The notes beneath the pieces are model-generated. The model had not been told where the DNA came from. It saw only the letters and a list, made by a program, of their open reading frames with translations, and searched no databases. From Podarcis muralis (taxonomy: Eukaryota): DNA of 64,000 nucleotides. The position numbers and the translations under genes were made by a program. Each line of letters starts with the position of its first letter. Positions within the stretch are counted from its first letter, which is position 1. This document shows positions 60,612 through 64,000 of this stretch, one piece after another. Location of the stretch: assembly GCF_964188315.1 (NCBI RefSeq), contig NC_135668.1:9300001-9364000 (forward strand). Direction: 5' to 3'.

Positions 60612-61555
60612 CTGCAGAAAAATGCCACAAGGGAATAATCCTCCTTCTTCAAAATATACTTACTATTTGAAATACGGGTTTTGAAAGTTGCAAACATGTA
60701 TCCCTTGCATCGAACTGTTGTTGTTTACTAATTTTTTATTAAACTTTTTTGAAGATGCAAATTAAAAATGAAGCCAATCAGAATCAAGGGGTGCGTTATT
60801 AGCATAACAGGCTTAAGGCATCTTAATAACGAAACATAATGGTATTCTTAATACTTTCTCCTTTGTGTTATTTTTACAGGAATTTCTTTACAGGGTGTTT
60901 CTTGACAGAGTCCAAGGTGAAGAGATAACTCAAAAGGTTCATAGTTTATACTGAGGGTTGCGGGGCAGACATTATTATTCACACTGGTATAGTCTCTCTT
61001 GCCTCCTTCCTAGGAGGGGAGCAAACTCCGTTGCAACAGAAAAAAATAAAGATCTGCCTTGCTTTTTCGGCCTCCTGTCTCCATCTATTCACCTCTGATC
61101 AATCATAGACTTAGGGGACTCAGTCCCTTGGGCAGCAAAAGCCAACCACCCCTATTTTTTCTATACCAATAGATAGATAGAAAGATAGATAAATGTTTGC
61201 TGTGCTGCAGCTCTCTGTCCCTTCAAAGCTAGCTGCTCCCACCAACCCCTCTCGATCCCATCTCCCATAGGAGCCAAAATAAAATATTTGAGGGGGCTGC
61301 CCCCTCCCCCCAAAAAGTATATAGGCATTGTCATTTCAAATGATGTGAGTGCTCCATGACATGGGATCGATTTTGCAAGTCAGGGCGTACTTGTTCCCCC
61401 GCAAAAAAACCAATTTTATTCAGTTTGGCACCCCTGCCAACTCCCTGCCCTCAATGAAAACACAGAGTTTGACTTTCACCCTCAACCTTCTCCTCAGGCT
61501 GAGGGATATAAGATCTCCCGCTTTCCTTCCTCAGAGTGTCATGATTTCCCCTCAC

Positions 61556-61619
61556 CCCAAAGGCCACGGAGCTCATGGCTGACGCTTTGAGAAAACCAGG
61601 CGCTGCAGCCCCTGAACAT
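61556..61619 (-). CDS. TERB2: TERB2 first coding exon (64 nt)
   Basis: ATG at 61619-61617. Encodes MFRGCSAWFSQSVSHELRGLW, then G|gtgagg; recalled human MFQGQRGWFCGSVSQDLRQFW. Total CDS 64+82+140+62+74+89+146=657 nt = 218 aa. Confidence 0.92.
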
Positions 61620-61658
61620 CCTGTTGTGAGGTAAACAGTGGCCCTGACAGGCCTCCAC

Positions 61659-61667
61659 TTTCCCGCC
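61659..61667. promoter_or_regulatory. E2F/E2F6-type site 40 nt upstream of the TERB2 ATG
   Basis: TTTCCCGCC (GGCGGGAAA on minus); a second TCCCGC core at 61516-61521 in intron 1. Confidence 0.45.
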
Positions 61668-62498
61668 TTTTTTTTGATACAGTGAAACCAAAATCCTGCA
61701 GAGCGAAGGAAGGAGGAATATGTCTCCACCCGCTTTCCACAACTACATTTGACCAATATGTGCACACGTTTTCTACAGTGTAATGAACACAAATGAGAGA
61801 AAACCCACATAAAATATTGCATTTTTCCTCACAGTTCTTGGCGTTTTGCACACAGAGGGTATCCCAGGCAGTCTCTCCCCCCACCCCAATATAGGCTATT
61901 TCGATGCTACTGACTTTCCCTCATTCCTGTCAGAATTCAAATCTACCAATTAATCGTGAACAAGGCCAAATCTACGTTTTGAAGGCCGGTGTGCAAAGTC
62001 TCCATTGCTCGGCCCCTACCCCGTTGGTGGGCCTTGCTGGGACTGCCCAGCTATGGCAGGTTGCAATAGTGTGAAAGAGGATTTCTGATATATTTCGGCT
62101 GCTAGTGCCCGTCTTGGTAGCATAAAGGGCAATAAAACGGAAAGCCTACTTGAAAACATCTTACAACGTGGGGTCATGGTGAAATTAGGGACTTGATTTT
62201 CCACCGACAGTTATGTACATCTATCACAATAAGGGATGGATGAATCTGCCAGTTTTCCCAGTTTCTCATTTTTCCAATCTTACATTCAGTTTTCCACATT
62301 TTCGCAGGAAATTGCAAAAAATGTTTTGCCTTTTTTTATTTAAAAAAATCCTTATAGAAATTGATCAGCATTTTTGTGTGACTTTCTCCTTAAAAATAGC
62401 ACCCTTCAACCCCAGCTAGCACTGCAGTAGGGTAGTGTAATGAGTGCAAAACCTGTGTAAGCCAGATAATAATGGTCTACAGACATAAACATTTACCC

Positions 62499-62576
62499 TT
62501 TATTAAGACTATTATTTGAACTTTATTCAAGAGCCCAGCAGCACACTGTGAAATTGATATGAGTATTCTTTTTATT
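62499..62576 (-). terminator. Cluster of three AATAAA polyadenylation signals for TRIM69
   Basis: Forward TTTATT at 62499-62504, 62522-62527 and 62571-62576, about 600-680 nt after the TRIM69 stop. Confidence 0.55.
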
Positions 62577-63177
62577 GGATTTCATCAAACAAATACAAAA
62601 GGACACACCAAAACATTTTTGTGGGGGAACAAGTTTTATCCCAGAGTTATTGCTTATTAACCTTTGCTTCTGCTCCCTGCCATTTCTAAGCTGAATATTT
62701 TTCTAATAAATATACATGTGGACAATTTTATACATGTGCTAAACTTGCGCTACATTGTGAACTCGAGAGGATTTTTAAAAAATTAATAATAATTTTAATT
62801 TTTTGCCTTTCGGGGGGAAAATATATATAATTAATCTCTCCTTACAAGCTTACAATTAGGAGTGGTTAATGTAAGAATTCTGTAGGCCTCAACTGCGATG
62901 CCACTTTTAGGGACCTACGTGGGATCCTGCTAACTTTTCAGACATGGCAGGGCTGTGCAGCAGAAATGAAGCTGGACCACAGGAAGGGCAGGGTAGCTAC
63001 CAGAGCAGGTCCCAATGATAGAGCCAGAGTTATGTCCCAAAAGAAGTCCAGGGGCACCTGCCGTCCCCTTTCATTGACAATGGGATCTTAGCACTGGATC
63101 ATGTGAGTTGTCTTTATCTAAATAGCTCAGGGTGAAAGAGATCTATTTTACACTAGGTTCTCCTTCTCACCCTGGCT

Positions 63178-63722
63178 CTATAAGTGAAAAGCAACAAGTC
63201 TCAGGGGCTCACTGTTTTGTCCTGCATCGTTCAGACATGGACAAAGGTATGGGTAGAGTTTCTCTGCAAAATTGTCCATGAAAGTGTAGATGTGAGACAT
63301 ATTGTCTGCATTATAAAAGGATACCTGACCACCCTCATAATCCAAGAACACCCCAATTCTAGAGGGAATTTTGGACAGGGCCAGAGGTCTTGATTCCATG
63401 TCTATAGCTTTAAACTCATTCTTATTCCTTAGCTTTATAAGCCAGTGACCCTCTTTGGGGGACAGTGGGTAGTTCCCTTTACGGTTAATGCTCTCTCTCA
63501 CAACCCCCAAGGTCCATTTGGTCTTGTTCCATGTCTCCACTTCCCAGTAGTGTCTCCCAGTGGTGAACCCTTCAGCCGCCAGGACAGAAACACTGCAGTC
63601 AAATCTCTCTGGAACGTCCGGCAAAACTAGCTTTGTGTCAGTATGTCTCACGCAGGTCATCCTGTCAGAGAGAACCAAGTTTGGATGTGCGGTTTTGGGG
63701 TCCAGAGTCAGGAAGGAAATGT
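63178..63722 (-). CDS. TRIM69: TRIM E3 ligase terminal exon encoding a PRY-SPRY (B30.2) domain, TRIM69-like; rest of gene lies beyond the window
   Basis: Acceptor ttcttgatcccaccag|. Encodes [15 protein letters not shown]...PERFD...GRHYWEVE...[12 protein letters not shown]...[16 protein letters not shown] at 63178-63180. It matches the recalled human TRIM69 C-terminus (CPCLNDGGENKEPL) and sits next to TERB2 as in human. Confidence 0.85.
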
Positions 63723-63907
63723 CTGGTGGGATCAAGAAAAACATGACTATTGTAGCATTGGAGACATTTAAGGACAATTGTGAAAGTGTAAAAACACCCA
63801 ATAAATAAGGTTCTACTGTCAGAATGTGTTATGGAAAAAAAATTATTCCTCAGTATATGATGTTCTCTTTAATGCACCAGCTAAGGTCTTAATTCAACAG
63901 CTTTGCT

Positions 63908-63975
63908 GAAGCTAAGCAAGTCTGGGTTTGGCAAATGTTGAGTTTGGAAACCACTAAGAATTCTGTTTAGGCTGT
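63908..63975 (+). mobile_element. 5S rRNA-derived SINE3-like fragment (a second one on minus at about 1805-1870)
   Basis: gaagctaagcaagtctgggtttgg...ggaaaccac aligns by eye to 5S GAAGCTAAGCAGGGTCGGGCCTGG...GGGAGACCGC. Too diverged to be a 5S gene. Confidence 0.45.
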
Positions 63976-64000
63976 CTTAAGTTCCATAGTGGAAGAAAAA

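Overview
Vertebrate genomic DNA. The repeat content (Sauria SINEs, BovB, Squam-type SINEs, L1/L2/CR1, hAT and Tigger-like MITEs) points to a squamate, probably a lacertid lizard (inference). Four protein-coding genes lie head-to-tail on the minus strand. Reading from high to low coordinates: the last exon of TRIM69 (PRY-SPRY), a complete TERB2 (7 coding exons, 218 aa, almost invisible in the ORF track), a complete SCAMP5 (235 aa) and a complete PPCDC (200 aa). All coding exons were assembled by hand with GT-AG boundaries and continuous reading frames. Comparisons with human proteins are from memory, not a database search. The rest is intron and intergenic DNA dense in transposons, with one 129-nt assembly gap. 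I found no evidence for a wholly new biological system. The best second-look items are: an L1 with a twin-priming-type 5' inversion; an L1 apparently inserted in the PPCDC exon 4 splice acceptor; an AUG-UGA start-stop overlapping the PPCDC start codon; a near-canonical RE1/REST site at the SCAMP5 promoter; and a TERB2-SCAMP5 adjacency that differs from human.
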